From Octopus sinensis (lineage: Eukaryota), in contig NC_043003.1 of the NCBI RefSeq assembly GCF_006345805.1, positions 11,284,001 through 11,348,000 of the forward strand: a stretch of DNA of 64,000 nt, written 5' to 3'. Positions 39,700-53,719 of the stretch are shown one piece after another; within the stretch, counting starts at the first letter, position 1; every line of letters starts with the position of its first letter. The notes beneath the pieces are model-generated. The model worked only from the letters and a program-made list of their open reading frames with translations. It did not search any database and was not told the DNA's origin. The position numbers were made by a program, and so were the translations under genes.

Positions 39700-42295
39700 A
39701 GGCAGTGAGTTGGCAGTAACATTAGCACGCTGGGCGAAATGCTTAGCGGTATTTCGTCTGTTTTTACGTTCTGAGTTCAAATTCCGCGAAGGTCAACTTT
39801 GCCTTTTATCCTTTCGGAGTCGATAAATTAAGTACCAGTTGCATACTAGGGTTGAAGTAATCGATTGCCCCACCTACCCCAAAATTATGGGCTTTGTGCT
39901 GAGAGTAGAAAAGAAGGTATTTCGTCTGTCTTTACGTTCTGAATTCAAATTCTGCCGAGGTTGACTTTGCTTTTCATCTTCTTGCGGGGTCGATAAATTA
40001 AGTACCAGTTGCGTACAGGGGTCAATCTAATTGACTGCCCCCCTCCCCCAAAATTTCAGGCCTTGTGCCTAGAGTAGAAAAGAATCGTTAGCATGTTGGG
40101 CGAAATGCTTAGCATTGTTTCATCCATTTTTATGTTGAGGTCCAGTTTGCCTTTCATCCTTTCAGGGTCAAGAAAATATGTACCAGTTGAGCACTGGGGT
40201 CTAAGTATTTTCTACCCCAAAATTGCTGGCCTTGTGCCAAAATTTGAAACTAAAGCCGACGAGCTTCAAGAATCATTAAATATTCTGGACAAAATGCTCA
40301 GTAACATTTCTTCTTTTGGGGTCAATAAAATAAGGACCAGTTGAGCACTGGGGTTGATATAATTGACTTACCCTCACCCTCGAAGTTGCTGGCCTTGTGC
40401 CAAAATTTGAAACCATTATTATAATTTTGTTTCAGTTGAATATGCATAATCTGTATGCTATTGGTTTCGAACTTTGACACAGGGCCAGTAATTTTAGGGA
40501 GGGGTAAATCAGTCACATTGACCCTAGCATTCAACTGGTACATATTTTATTAACCCCCAAAAGAATGAAAGCAAGGTCTACCTCAGTGAGATTTGAACTC
40601 AGAATGTGAAGATGAACGAAATGCCACTAAGCGTTTTGCCTGGCTTGCTAACATTTCTGTCAGCTTGTCGCCATATAATCTGCAAAATGTTGATAAACTA
40701 GCTGACCCTGTACCATAAAAAATGACGGCTAATTGTAGTATTTTATATATAAATATGGCTGATAAATCAAATTAATACACTTGTCAATGTTATCAAGTGG
40801 TTGTCTTTTTGAGATGAGAATCAATCATCATTTGTTATTAAAAGAGCGCTGATTCACACATACAAACATTCACATACTTCACGTGTACATGCACACACAT
40901 ACACACATATACTCATGCAAAGTTGAAACGCTGTTTGATTTTTCTTTTCACCATTGAATGTTCATCATCCCACTTCCATTGCTCATAAACACATGCACAC
41001 ACACACAAACATTCACGTACCTCTCTTTTACATACACATACATATACTCACACAGAGTTGAAATGCTCTCACTACCAGTTTACCATCACCCCTTCCTTTC
41101 TCGTTCATATTTTGTGACGGAGAAAAACACAAGAGCATTATTATAGTAGATATTGATACTTTCAAACTATGTTTTGCACATGTAAGTGAAATATACAAGG
41201 CAGTGAGTTGGCAGAATTGTTATGTGTGTCAAGCAAAACTTCTGGCTGTTTATGTTCTGAGTTCAAATCCTGCTGAGGTCAACTGTGTCTTTCATCCCAT
41301 TGGTGGAAGTCAATAGATTAAATTACCATTCAAGTTCTGGGGTCAGCATAATTGACCGGTTTTACTCTCCTTGAAATTGCTAGCCTTGAAATAGCTACAA
41401 CAGATCAGTGCCCTGTCCAATGGGGAGGGTCATGATCTCAATCATATATATATACCATGACAAAAAAGCAAAATTCAAAAATCAAAAGTGAAATAAATGA
41501 ATTAAGTCTTAAGGCACCTTTAGTTTCTGCCTGGTTCTTCCCTCATCAGCAATGTCTATCAGTGGTCTTCTCTGTTTCAGTGCTAAAGCACTTGTGCCTA
41601 CAATAGACTGCTGGTTTCAAAAGGCAGCAAGCTGGCAGAAATGTTAACATGCCGGGCAAAATGCTTAGCGGTATTTTGTCTGTCTTTATGTTCTGAGTTC
41701 AAATTCCACCAAGGTCGACTTTGCCTTTCATCCTTTCAGGGTCGATAAAATAAGTACCAGCTGCATACTGGGGTCGATCTAATCGACTGGCCCTTTTTCC
41801 AAAAATTTCTGGCCTTGTGCCTGAGTAGAGAACAATACTAATGGTTTCAAATTTTGGCACAAGGCCAGCAATTTTAGGGGTTAGGGTAAGTTGGTTACTT
41901 TGAGTCCAGTGTTCAACTAGTACTTATTTTATCAACCCTGAAAGAATGAAAGGCAAAGTCGACCTTGGCAGAATTTGAACTCAGAACGTAAAGACAAATG
42001 AAATACTGCTGAAGCATTTTGTCCGGTGTGCTAACGATTCTACCAGCTCATCACCTTTATTCGACAAATAATAATCATTCCTACTCTAGGTAGAAGACTT
42101 GAAATTTTGCAGGAAGGAGGCTAATTGATTACATGGACTCCAGTACCCAAATGGTACTTATTTTATCAACCCCTGAAAGGATGAAGCGCAAAGTCAACCT
42201 TGGGGGAATTTGAACTCAAATTGTAAAAGCAGGTGAAATGCTACTAGGCATTTTGTCCAGCATGCTAATGATTCTGCCAGGTCATCACCTTTATC
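39700..42295. mobile_element. Cluster of about nine SINE-B copies in both orientations
   Basis: Plus copies at ~39700, 39916, 40087, 40290, 41196 and 41620. Minus copies at ~40460-40670, 41845-42055 and 42065-42290. Confidence 0.85.
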
Positions 42296-43305
42296 TGAGT
42301 AAAAATAATAAAAGAAGTGAAATCCAACCAGTGTGTGTGTGTATGTTTATTATTGGTGTGATGACCCTCTCAAGATTCAAGAAAATCTGTTTCAGAACAT
42401 GAAAATCATGCAAACCAAATGTAAAATCAAAACTTAATTTAACTTACAAGCGGTTCTTGTACATGTTAATCAATCAATTGACCAATCAATAATTTATATA
42501 GATCATACCCCTGTGATAAACAAAGTCACATGCATCACTAATTTTTTTCCGTAATCACAAGTATCCGGATGTTCGATGGTTTTTCCTCCACAAATCACTC
42601 GCTAAATTTTGCTTCCTTTTTTTTTTTTATTTTATTTGTGTATGTGTGTGCGTGTGTTGTTTTTTTTTTGTTTGTTTCTTGACATTTAGAACATGTGATT
42701 ACATTGATTTTAAAATGAGTTAAGAAAGGATGAGGAAGAAGAAGGGGAGGAGGTAAATGTCGAGCGATGCGCTGTGGGGGCCAACAACTACTAACAGCAG
42801 ATTGAAATCCTGGTATGGAGTTTAACAGGGAAAAAGACACAACTTGATCTCTCACCACCTCTCTCTCTCTCTCCCCTTTATCTCTTTTCTTCTCTTTATA
42901 TCTTCCTATTTCTTTCTCTCTGTATATATATATATATATACATATATGTATAATATATATATATATATTTATATATTTACATATATATGTATATACATAT
43001 GTCTGTGTATATGTATGTATGTGTGTGTGTATCTATATATACATACATGTATATATATTTATATATGTATATATTTATGTGTGTATATATATATATACAT
43101 ACATGTACATATATTTATGTGTATATATTTATGTGTGTATATATATACATACATGTACATATATTTATATATGTGTATATTTATGTATGTATATATATAT
43201 ATATATGTATATATTTATGTGTATATATTTATGTTTGTATATATATATATATGTGTATATTTATGTATGTATATATATATATATATGTATATATTTATCT
43301 CTCTC

Positions 43306-43361
<56 letters not shown>

Positions 43362-44390
43362 GCATATCTGTTTCTCTCCTTCCTCTCTCTCCCTTTCTTT
43401 CTCTCAGAGTCTCTCCGTTTCCCCACATTTATAGTCGGTCCTATCATCTTTTACTTCATCCTCAAATCCTTCTACTAAACTATCAAAGGACAGCCTGATT
43501 TCCATAATGTTCTCTGCAATAGAGAATGTTTCTAATTAGAGATTTGTAAATGACTTACAATGCTATGTTTCGATCCCTTGATACAAAAGTTCACAGAATC
43601 CAATTTGCTATATGCTTTTGATCAGGAATTGAATATGCTCGTACGATGATGGTTAAACTACATACATCACCATATATGATGATTTCAAGCAAGGGGGAGT
43701 TTCAACATGGAAATTAGACCTGCTAGAGATAGCAGCTGAATCATTCTCAAATCATTCGATATTACTGGTGTTTTTTGTTTATTTTTGCATTTATCACATA
43801 ATGCTTAGCCCTTCAGCATTTAAACTGCCTATATCTAGCCCCAATTTTCTTCTTGTTTTGATCTCAAACTGGCCAGATCTAGCCTCTCACACCTACCCAA
43901 CATTGTCATTCTAAATATAAACAGTCGCATCATTGAAATCTGAAAGCAACAAGATGACGCATGAGTAATCAAAATAATAATCATCATCGTTTAATGTCCA
44001 TTTTCCATGCTAGCATGGGTTGACCAGGATCTGGGAAGCCAGGAGGCTGCATCAGGCTCCAGTTTGATCTGGCAGTGTTTCTACAGCTGGATGCCCTTCC
44101 TAACGCCAACCACTTCATGAGTGTAGTGGGTGATTTTTACGTGCCACCGGCACAGGGGCCAGGGTAGGCTGGCAACGTTCACGATTGGTCGGTGCTTTTT
44201 ACATGCCACTGGCACAGAAGTCAGTCAAGGTGGCTCTTGCATCGGCCACGTTCGGATGGTGTTTTTTATGTGCCACCAGCACGGGTATCACAACTACAAT
44301 TTCCATTTGATTTTTATTTTGATGTTGATGTACTTGACTCAATAGGTCTCCTCAAGCACAGCAGCTCACTCTAAAGCATTCACACTAGTG

Positions 44391-44711
44391 CAGCAGTTCC
44401 CAACGTTTTTGCATTTACGACCCCTTACCCAAAAGTTTGAAACCCATGTGATCCCCTACTATGGGCAGCTTGATTTACATTCTATTTTCTGTGAAGGAGA
44501 GGGAAAGAAACTTCTAACAAAAAAATTTATTCAAGAATCCTGTTATTATTTATTAGCGAAAAACATATGTAAGAGCATAAAAAATATAATTAATGAGTTG
44601 AAATTAATATTATCCCAAGCCACTTCTAGCAAGGCTATGCAACCCCCCCCCCCCGGCCAAGGTTTTGCAACCCCCTGGGGGGGGTCAGGAATTACCGGTT
44701 GGGAATCCCTG
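44391..44711. mobile_element. hAT (Charlie-like) MITE
   Basis: Perfect 8-bp TSD cactagtg at 44383-90 and 44712-19. TIRs cagcagttcccaac / rc cagggattcccaac. Confidence 0.88.
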
Positions 44712-45883
44712 CACTAGTGGATAGTTATCGCCACCCTGATAGCATCAAGCTGCAATGTGGTCTAGGGGTCAAGAATGCTGGAGGTCTCCACTGCCACAAG
44801 GCTCAACCACAAACCTGTCAGAGAGCAGCTGATACTTTGACATATTCTACCAGTCTTAAGTATCCCAAATGATTGGAAATGGATGCTAGAATTTTGTGGG
44901 TTTGTAGGGGCTGGTGCCACATAAAAAGCAAGCACCTGTGCTGGTGCTGCGTACAAGCACCCGGTACACTTTGTAAAGTGGTTGGTGTTAGGAATGGCAT
45001 CCAACCATTGAAACCATGCCAAAACAGATGACTGGAGCTCAGCACAGCTCTCTGGCTGGCCAGCTCCTGTCAAACCATTCAACCCATGAAAATATGGAGA
45101 ACAGTCATTAAATGATGATGATGATGAATTGCAGGTACTGACACCAGGTCCAGGATTTGATCCTCAGAAGAGGAGAGGTTCATAAAAAAGAAACCTCACC
45201 TATGGTCATGAATGTCAGGTGATGACCAAAAGAGTACAATCAGGAATGACAGCTGAGATGGGGTTCCTTTCATAAGGAACTCTGGACTAATAATAATAAT
45301 AATAATAATTGTGTACAGTGCTCAGGTGCACTACAAATGTTATGTAACAGAATGCAAAGCTCAGAGATCAGTGAGTTTCTCCAGGTTGAGCTGCTATTTC
45401 TTCACATTGAAACATCACAGCTCCATTATTAAATTTGATTTAATTATTTTATTTACTTAATTAATTTTGATGTGCATTATAGATCAGTGGTTTTCAAATT
45501 GATGAATATCAATCTCATCCCTATGTCACCCCCACCACATTGGAGAAAATTGCTTCCCCTTCCACCCCACCTACCACTCCTCTCCTTATTTATTAACAAG
45601 AAGACAAAATACAGTATGGAAATTGTAGTTAAGACACCTGTGCTGGTGACACGTAAAAAGCACTGTCCGAACGTGACAGATGCCAGCACTGCCTGACTGG
45701 CATCCGTGTCAGTGACACGTAAAAGCACCAACCGATCGTGGCCATTTGCCAGCTTCATCTGGCCCCTGTGCATCCAGCTGTAAAAACACTGCCAAATCAG
45801 ACTAGAGCCTGGTGCAGCTTCCATGGCTTCCCAGACCCCGGTCAAACCGTCCAACCCAAGCTAGCATGGAAAACGGACATTAA

Positions 45884-45918
<35 letters not shown>

Positions 45919-46337
45919 GCTTTCATACCAAAATGCAGTCTTTATATCCAACTTAACATGGATGTTTTCAAAGAATGCCATATACCGCAGTTTTTGCCTC
46001 AAGAGGTACTCGTCTTTTGGTATCAATACTGCTTCTGTCACTAACAATTGTTTTTTAAAAAGTCTGCTGACTATTTGCATCATCAGTGCCTGGAAATGTT
46101 GCTGGCATTCTATATATCATTGGCAGTGAGATCTGGCTGAAATGCAGCTACCAGGCAGCTATCACTGAAGATACACAGTACGTAGAAATCATGTGATCTG
46201 CCAGATGATTAGCATCTGTCAATTATATAACTGTGTACTTTTGTACACTTTGCATCTATATGAAAGGTCTTCTCAAGGTGAATACTGCATATTTTACTTT
46301 CTTCATATGAATGTGTAAAATAAAAAAAATTTTAAAC

Positions 46338-46697
46338 TAGGCGCAGGAGTGGCTGTCTGGTAAGTAGCTTATTTACCAACCACATGGTTCCGGGTTCAGT
46401 CCCACTGTGTGGCACCTTGGGCAAGTGTCTTCTACTATAGCCTCGGGCCAACCAAAGCCTTGTGAGTGGATTTGGTAGACGGAAACTGAAAGAAGCCCGT
46501 CGTATATATGTATATATATATATGCATGTATGTGTTTGTGTGTCTGTGTTTATGTCCCCGTTACTTAGCGGTTCGGCAAAAGAGACCGATAGAATAAGTA
46601 CTGGGCTTACAAAAGAATAAGTCCCGGGGTCAAGTTGCTCGATTAAAGGTGGTGCTCCAGCATGGCCACAGTCAAATGACTGAAACTAGTAAAAGAG
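46338..46697 (+). mobile_element. SINE-A copy
   Basis: Near-consensus head to tail. Confidence 0.9.
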
Positions 46698-47042
46698 TAT
46701 GTTAATTCTACAAAACATAAACAATTTCCCCACCTCAGAATAAATTGTCACCAACCCTCACCTGTTTCTAAGCAAGATATTTCCCTATAGCTAAACAAGC
46801 CTTTCATGGAAGACTGGAACCAAACAAACGAACATCACTTGTATGATGGTGACACACATTTACAACCCTCACATGATGCCAAGACAAGGCTACACACAAA
46901 CACATATAATTATAATTTCTAAACTAATCTTAAATTTAGTAAAATAACTTTGTGCATTGTCAAGTTGATGTTTACAACATAAATTAGTATGCCATTTTGA
47001 TGAGAGGTTTTAGTTTAGATCATTTTAAAACAGAAAGTTATT

Positions 47043-47448
47043 TAGGCTCGGGAGTGGCTGTGTAGTAAGTAGCTAGCTTACCAACCACATGGTTCCGGGT
47101 TCAGTCTCACTGCATGGCACCTTGGGCAAGTGTCTTCTACTATAGCCTCAAGCCAACCAAAGCCTTATGAGTGGATTTTGTAGACCGAAACTGAAAGAAG
47201 CCCATCGTATGTATATATATGTATATGTGTCTGTGTTTGTTCTCCACCCCAACATCGCTTGACAACCGATGCTGGGATGTTTACGTCCCCATAACTTAGA
47301 GGTTCGGCAAAAGAGACCGATAGAATAAGTACTGGGCTTACAAAGAATAAGTCCTGGGGTCGATTTGTTCAACTAAAAGCGGTGCTCCAGCATGGCCGCA
47401 GTCAAATGACTGAAACAAGCAAAAGAGTAAAAGAGAGAGTAAAAAGAG
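47043..47448 (+). mobile_element. SINE-A copy
   Basis: Near-consensus head to tail, with (AAAAGAGT) tail. Confidence 0.9.
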
Positions 47449-47814
47449 AACCAGAGGCAGTCTCAGGTCGGTTGGTACCAAAAGGTTTTAAAAGAGTTAC
47501 AACAAAGTCACCAGTGTGCAGAAGAGTAAATGGTTTGTATCTCGTCACCAATATTTTCTTATGTCAGGTTATGGTTAAGGTCTTGTGCTATTCAATCTGT
47601 TCTGTTTATGTTATATGATTTTGTTCCCCCCAAAAGCCCTTTGAAATACAGGTACAACAGAAACAGAAAGTTGTAGTGAAAGAGTACAGCAGAGTTCACC
47701 CCCCCCCCCTGCTGGAGCCTTGTCTAAAAGTTGATGAATACCACCTCTTGATCCCCTCCATTTTCTTATTGCTATAGATATATATATATATGTATGTATG
47801 TATGTATGTATATA

Positions 47815-48033
47815 CATGGGGGTACTGAAAAGTTCTGGGCTTTAAGGGTGCTGCAAAAGATCTGGTTGGAGGCCCAACCTTCTGATTTTTTTTTACAGGG
47901 CTCAGAAAAACTGAAGGACCACTGCATTAAGTGTATGAATCAGAGAGGGGAATATGTTGAATAAAATCATAATTAACTGATTCTCCTGTATTTTCTTTTG
48001 CTCAAAGCCAGGAACTTTTCAGCACCCACCTCA
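47815..48033 (+). mobile_element. Internally deleted mariner MITE
   Basis: TA flanks. TIRs catgggggtactgaaaagttctgggcttt / rc tgaggtgggtgctgaaaagttcctggcttt. Decayed transposase C-terminus inside. Confidence 0.8.
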
Positions 48034-48037
48034 TACG

Positions 48038-48074
<37 letters not shown>

Positions 48075-48151
48075 GTCACTGCCACCATTGAGACTAACAA
48101 ATCATATGGTTTCAGCCTTCTTTGGCCTTGTCAGTGATATATGTGTGTGTG

Positions 48152-48208
<57 letters not shown>

Positions 48209-48264
48209 AGAGAGATAGAGAGATATGTTTGTATGTATATATATATATATATGATGATATATAT

Positions 48265-48300
<36 letters not shown>

Positions 48301-48789
48301 TTGTATAATTATATACAGTAGTTAGGAAGAGCTGACAGAGATAAATAACAAGAGCACTATATATACTTCAACTGGTATTTCCATAAGCTTGAAGAACTGT
48401 GACCAGTTCCTCTTATAATCCAAGACCATGACAGAAGTTCTTGCTTCAAGGCTGTGTTTCAGCTAATTTTTATGACCATCATGCCAAAGTGCCAAAGTGG
48501 TTATGATAGGAATAAATAGCTTAGCAGTAAATAATTTCCAAAGGGAGATATAAATTAACTGTCATAGGCAACAAAACCACCGTATTAATGGTAAACATTT
48601 CATTAATTTTCACTGTGGAGCTGAATATCTTCTCATGAATAAAACAACGTCTCTTTCTCTCTCTCTCTGTCGTGATTTCATTTGGAAATAACGTTGAAGG
48701 CTTTATGATGGCTACCTTTTACTACTCGAAGTACGTTTTTATGAGGACTAACGCAAACACACAACTACACTGTAATGGTTGCAGCTGAT

Positions 48790-48797
48790 CAACCTAG

Positions 48798-48835
<38 letters not shown>

Positions 48836-49712
48836 TGATGATGATGATGATGATATTGATCATGATGATGATAATAATAATAATATTAATAATGTTGATG
48901 ATAATAATAATATTATTATCAATAATGTTGATAATAATAATAATAATAATAATAATAATGTTGATAATAATAATAATGATAAGAATAATAATGATAATAA
49001 TACTGATCATGATGATGATGATGATAATAATATTGATGATGATAATGATAATAATAATGATAATAATAATAATAATGATGATGATGATAATAATAATACT
49101 GATGATGATGATGATGATGATAATAAATCTGGCAATGAAAGAGAAAGGCAAACAACAATAATAGAATATGTCATAATGAAGATATATCATCTAGATCATC
49201 TAGATTATGATAATGTCAATGATGATGATGATGATGATGATGAAGATGATGATAAGAAGTGGGAGGAGTATGATCTCTTTCTCCTTCTCCTCTTCCTCAT
49301 TGTCATCCTCGTCATCATCATCATCATCATCATCAGTGTAGTTATTACCATCATTGTGTTGCTGCTGCCACCCATCCACCCACCACCATCACCACCAACA
49401 ACCCAACATCATCACTGCCACCACAACCATCATCATCATCCTTATATTAACGGCAACATCATCATCATCATCAGTAGCAGCAGCAAAATCCTCCAACTCC
49501 TTCTCATCATCGTTATCATCATCATTGTCATCACCGTCATTATTGTCATCAACAACGTCATCATCATTGCTGTATTTGTCATCATCATTATCAGCAGCAG
49601 CAGCAACATCCTCCAACTCCTTCTTCTCATCGTCATTGTCATCATCATCATCATCATCATCATCATTACTATCATCATCACCATCATCATCATAGTCACT
49701 TTCATCTTCACA

Positions 49713-49746
<34 letters not shown>

Positions 49747-49820
49747 TCTTCATTACTATCACCATCATCATTATCATTACTATCATCATCACCATCATCA
49801 TCATAGTCACTTTCGTCTTC

Positions 49821-49854
<34 letters not shown>

Positions 49855-49878
49855 TCATCACTATCATCATCATCACTG

Positions 49879-49923
<45 letters not shown>

Positions 49924-49925
49924 CT

Positions 49926-49965
<40 letters not shown>

Positions 49966-50220
49966 CTATCATCATCATTACTATCATCATCATCACTATC
50001 ATCATCATCATCATCATCATCACTATCATCATCATCATCATCATCATCATCATCTTCATCATCATCACTATCATCATCATTACTATCATCATCATCACTA
50101 TCATTATCTTCATCATCATCACTATCATTATCATCTTCATCATCATCACTATCATCATCATTACTATCATCATCATCATCATCACCATCTTCCTCCTGCT
50201 CATTCTCCACCTTCATTTCC
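48790..50220. repeat. Trinucleotide tract with a strand-polarity switch: (ATA/GAT)n then (ATC/CAT)n
   Basis: Directly visible; switch near 49270. Confidence 0.95.
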
Positions 50221-50531
50221 TTACCATTATCCTCGTCTTTCTCTTCTCGTTAAAGATAGTTGTTATGATTCTGATGGGTTCTTTTATGGCCACCATGTTG
50301 CCTTATGGTTACATTTCATTCTGTTTTTATGTTACAATTATGTTGTTCTTATATTATGGTTATGGCACAGGCATAGCGCTGAATTCAAGAAGATCGCTTC
50401 CCAAGAAGCTTGGTTGGAGTTCAGTCCCACTGCATGCTACCTTGGCCAAGTGTCTTCTACTATAGCCCCAGGATAGTCAAAGCCTGTTTGATAGACAGGA
50501 ACTGAAAGAAAAGCTTATATATAAAAGTATG

Positions 50532-50572
<41 letters not shown>

Positions 50573-50593
50573 TTGTCTAAACATCATGTGATA

Positions 50594-52203
50594 TATTTCT
50601 TTACTGCCCACAAGGGGCTAAACACAGAGGGGACAAACAAGGACAGGCAACGGGATTAAGTAGGTTATATCGACCCCAGTGCGAAACTGGTACTTTATTT
50701 ATCGACCCCGAAAGGATGAAAGGCGAAATTTGAACTCAGAACGTAACGGCAGACGAAATACCTATTTCTTTACTACCCACAAGGGGCTAAACACAGAGGG
50801 GACAAACAAGGACAGGCAACGGGATTAAGTAGGTTATATCGACCCCAGTGCGAAACTGGTACTTTATTTATCGACCCCGAAAGGATGAAAGGCGAAATTT
50901 GAACTCAGAACGTAACGGCAGACGAAATACCTATTTCTTTACTACCCACAAGGGGCTAAACACAGAGGGGACAAACAAGGACAGGCAACGGGATTAAGTA
51001 GGTTATATCGACCCCAGTGCGAAACTGGTACTTTATTTATCGACCCCGAAAGGATGAAAGGCGAAATTTGAACTCAGAACGTAACGGCAGACGAAATACC
51101 TATTTCTTTACTACCCACAAGGGGCTAAACACAGAGGGGACAAACAAGGACAGGCAACGGGATTAAGTAGGTTATATCGACCCCAGTGCGAAACTGGTAC
51201 TTTATTTATCGACCCCGAAAGGATGAAAGGCGAAATTTGAACTCAGAACGTAACGGCAGACGAAATACCTATTTCTTTACTACCACAAGGGGCTAAACAC
51301 AGAGGGGACAAACAAGGACAGGCAACGGGATTAAGTAGGTTATATCGACCCCAGTGCGAAACTGGTACTTATTTATCGACCCCGAAAGGATGAAAGGCGA
51401 AATTTGAACTCAGAACGTAACGGCAGACGAAATACCTATTTCTTTACTACCCACAAGGGGCTAAACACAGAGGGGACAAACAAGGACAGGCAACGGGATT
51501 AAGTAGGTTATATCGACCCCAGTGCGAAACTGGTACTTTATTTATCGACCCCGAAAGGATGAAAGGCGAAATTTGAACTCAGAACGTAACGGCAGACGAA
51601 ATACCTATTTCTTTACTACCCACAAGGGGCTAAATACAGAGGGGACAAACAAGGACAGGCAAAGGGATTAAGTCGATTATATCGACCCCAGTGCGTAACT
51701 GGTACTTATTTAATCGACCCCGAAAGGATGAAAGGCAAAGTCAACCTTGGTGGAATTTGAACTCAGAACATAACGACAGATGAAATACCTATTTCTTTAT
51801 TACCCATAAGGGGCTAAACACAGAGGGGACAAACAAGGACAGACATAGGTATTAAGTTGATTACATCGACCCCAGTGCGTAACTGGTACTTAATTTATCG
51901 ACCCCGAAAGGATGAAAGGCAAAGTCAACCTCGGTGGAATTTGAACTCAGAACATAACGACAGATGAAATACCTATTTCTTTATTACCCATAAGGGGCTA
52001 AACACAGAGGGGACAAACAAGGACAGACATAGGTATTAAGTTGATTACATCGACCCCAGTGCGTAACTGGTACTTAATTTATCGACCCCGAAAGGATGAA
52101 CGGCAAAGTCGACCTCGGCGGAATTCGAACTCACAACGTGACGCAGACGAAATACCACTAAGCATTTCGCCTGGCGTGCTAACGTTTCTGCCAGCTCACT
52201 GCC
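50594..52203 (-). mobile_element. Nine-unit head-to-tail SINE-B concatemer within a 17-bp TSD
   Basis: Unit starts at 50594, 50763, 50932, 51101, 51270, 51437, 51606, 51790 and 51974 (167-169 and 184 bp). Direct repeat ctaaacatcatgtgata at 50577-93 and 52204-20. Single tRNA-like head at the right end. Confidence 0.93.
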
Positions 52204-53286
52204 CTAAACATCATGTGATAGTAGTAAATGATGGTGATGATGATGATGATCATCATCATCATACAAGCGATGCTGTTTGTTGCCAGTCTTCTGTAAAAGA
52301 AAATGTCCAGCCGTGGGGATATATTACCTTGCTTGGAAATAAGCAAGAGTCAATGACAGAGAGGGCATCTGGTCTTGTAAAAACCTGCTTCAACAAATCC
52401 CATCTGACCCAGGCAAGCTTGGAAAGGTGGACACTAAATAATAAAGATGAGGATAATGACAATATACTATAGTACTTTTATGTGATTGGTATCAAGAGTG
52501 CGGTCTATTTATGTTTGGTAACAAGAAGTTAGGAGTTCAGTCCCACTGTATGAATGGGATCTGTTCAGTTTGGCTCACAGATTTTTTCACTTAATTTTCT
52601 TTAGCAGAACAGTTTGAAACTTCGTATTCTGGTGGAATGTCTCAGGCAGAACATGGTTTACTTTGAACATTTTTGACAAAATTTGATATTTTAGAAGTTA
52701 TTTTATGTTAAAGTTGTATTTGGGTTACTGCCTTATGGTCTATATTATATCTGTAGGTAGAACTGGGATATATATATATCAATAATAATAAAAGGATAAA
52801 GTAAATGAATAATTAATCAGTTAATTAATTATGTAGCTAATCTAAGTCGTGTAGATTCATTATTTTTCTCTTTGCTTATGTAAAAAATGTGTGTTACTGT
52901 CTGGGAGATATTTATGGAAGCTCACAAACACACATACATAAACACACATACATACACACACATACATACGTACATACATACATCATCGTCATCATTTAGC
53001 ATCCGTTTTCCATGCTGGCATGGGTTGGGTGGTTTGGTAGAAGACTGCACTAGGTTTCACTGTCTGTTTTGGCAGGGTTTTTACAGCTGGATGTCCTTCC
53101 TAATACCAACCACCTTACAGAGTGGACTGAGTGCCTTTTACATGGCACCAGCACTAGCAATGTCTGTTTTGGCAAATTCCTGACGTTCACATACACACGA
53201 GTCAAATATAACAAGCTACTCCAAACCATCGTCGGAGTATCCATGTAAGCGGAGTCTGGACCAGCTACTTTGTACTGGCTTCAAGT

Positions 53287-53564
53287 GATGTAAGTTGTAA
53301 TAGTAAAGTCACACCAAATAGTGATAATTTGAAATAATTTAATATGCATGTTTCAGCCTGCATAATACATAACAGGAAATGCATCCATTATGTAAGATCT
53401 TCTTCAGTTAAAACATTTCAGAATATTTTGGAATGTTTTAACTGAAGACGGTTTATGTAATGGATGCATTTTCTATTATGGATTATACAGACCTAAAACA
53501 TCCGTACTAAATGATCTCAAATTATCACTATGTCATGTGATTTCACTATTACAACTTATACATC
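53287..53564. mobile_element. Fold-back element with degenerate hammerhead-like motif
   Basis: Arms of ~130 bp (gatgtaagttgtaatag.. / ..ctattacaacttatacatc). Minus strand reads CTGAAGA (53407-01)..GAAACATG (53354). Confidence 0.75.
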
Positions 53565-53566
53565 TT

Positions 53567-53719
53567 TGTGGTTTTGTAGCATGAAGCAAAGCAGGCCTTG
53601 CAATCCACTCAAGAAAACATAAATGATCCACACTTGAGCAAACTGAATCCTCAACTTGTTCCATTTGCCAAAAGATTTGCAAGGCACCAGCAGGTCTCAA
53701 GAGACACATTCATGTCCAT
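53567..53719 (+). pseudogene. Degenerate tandem C2H2 zinc-finger remnant, probably a LINE (RTE-like) C-terminus
   Basis: CGFVA*SKAGLAIHSRKHK*..TCSICQKICKAPAGLKRHIHVH; the second finger is a perfect C-x2-C-x12-H-x3-H. Two in-frame stops, no TGEKP linker. Confidence 0.6.

Noticed and set aside
45880-46110. Minus-strand frame QHFQALMMQIVSRLFKKQLL..KTAFWYESF, and a similar short frame at ~48390-48470
   Set aside because: No recognisable family, weak splice signals, and lengths compatible with chance.
50594-52203. CRISPR-like or satellite interpretation of the array
   Set aside because: No unique spacers; units are SINE bodies bounded by a retroposon-type TSD in a eukaryotic context.
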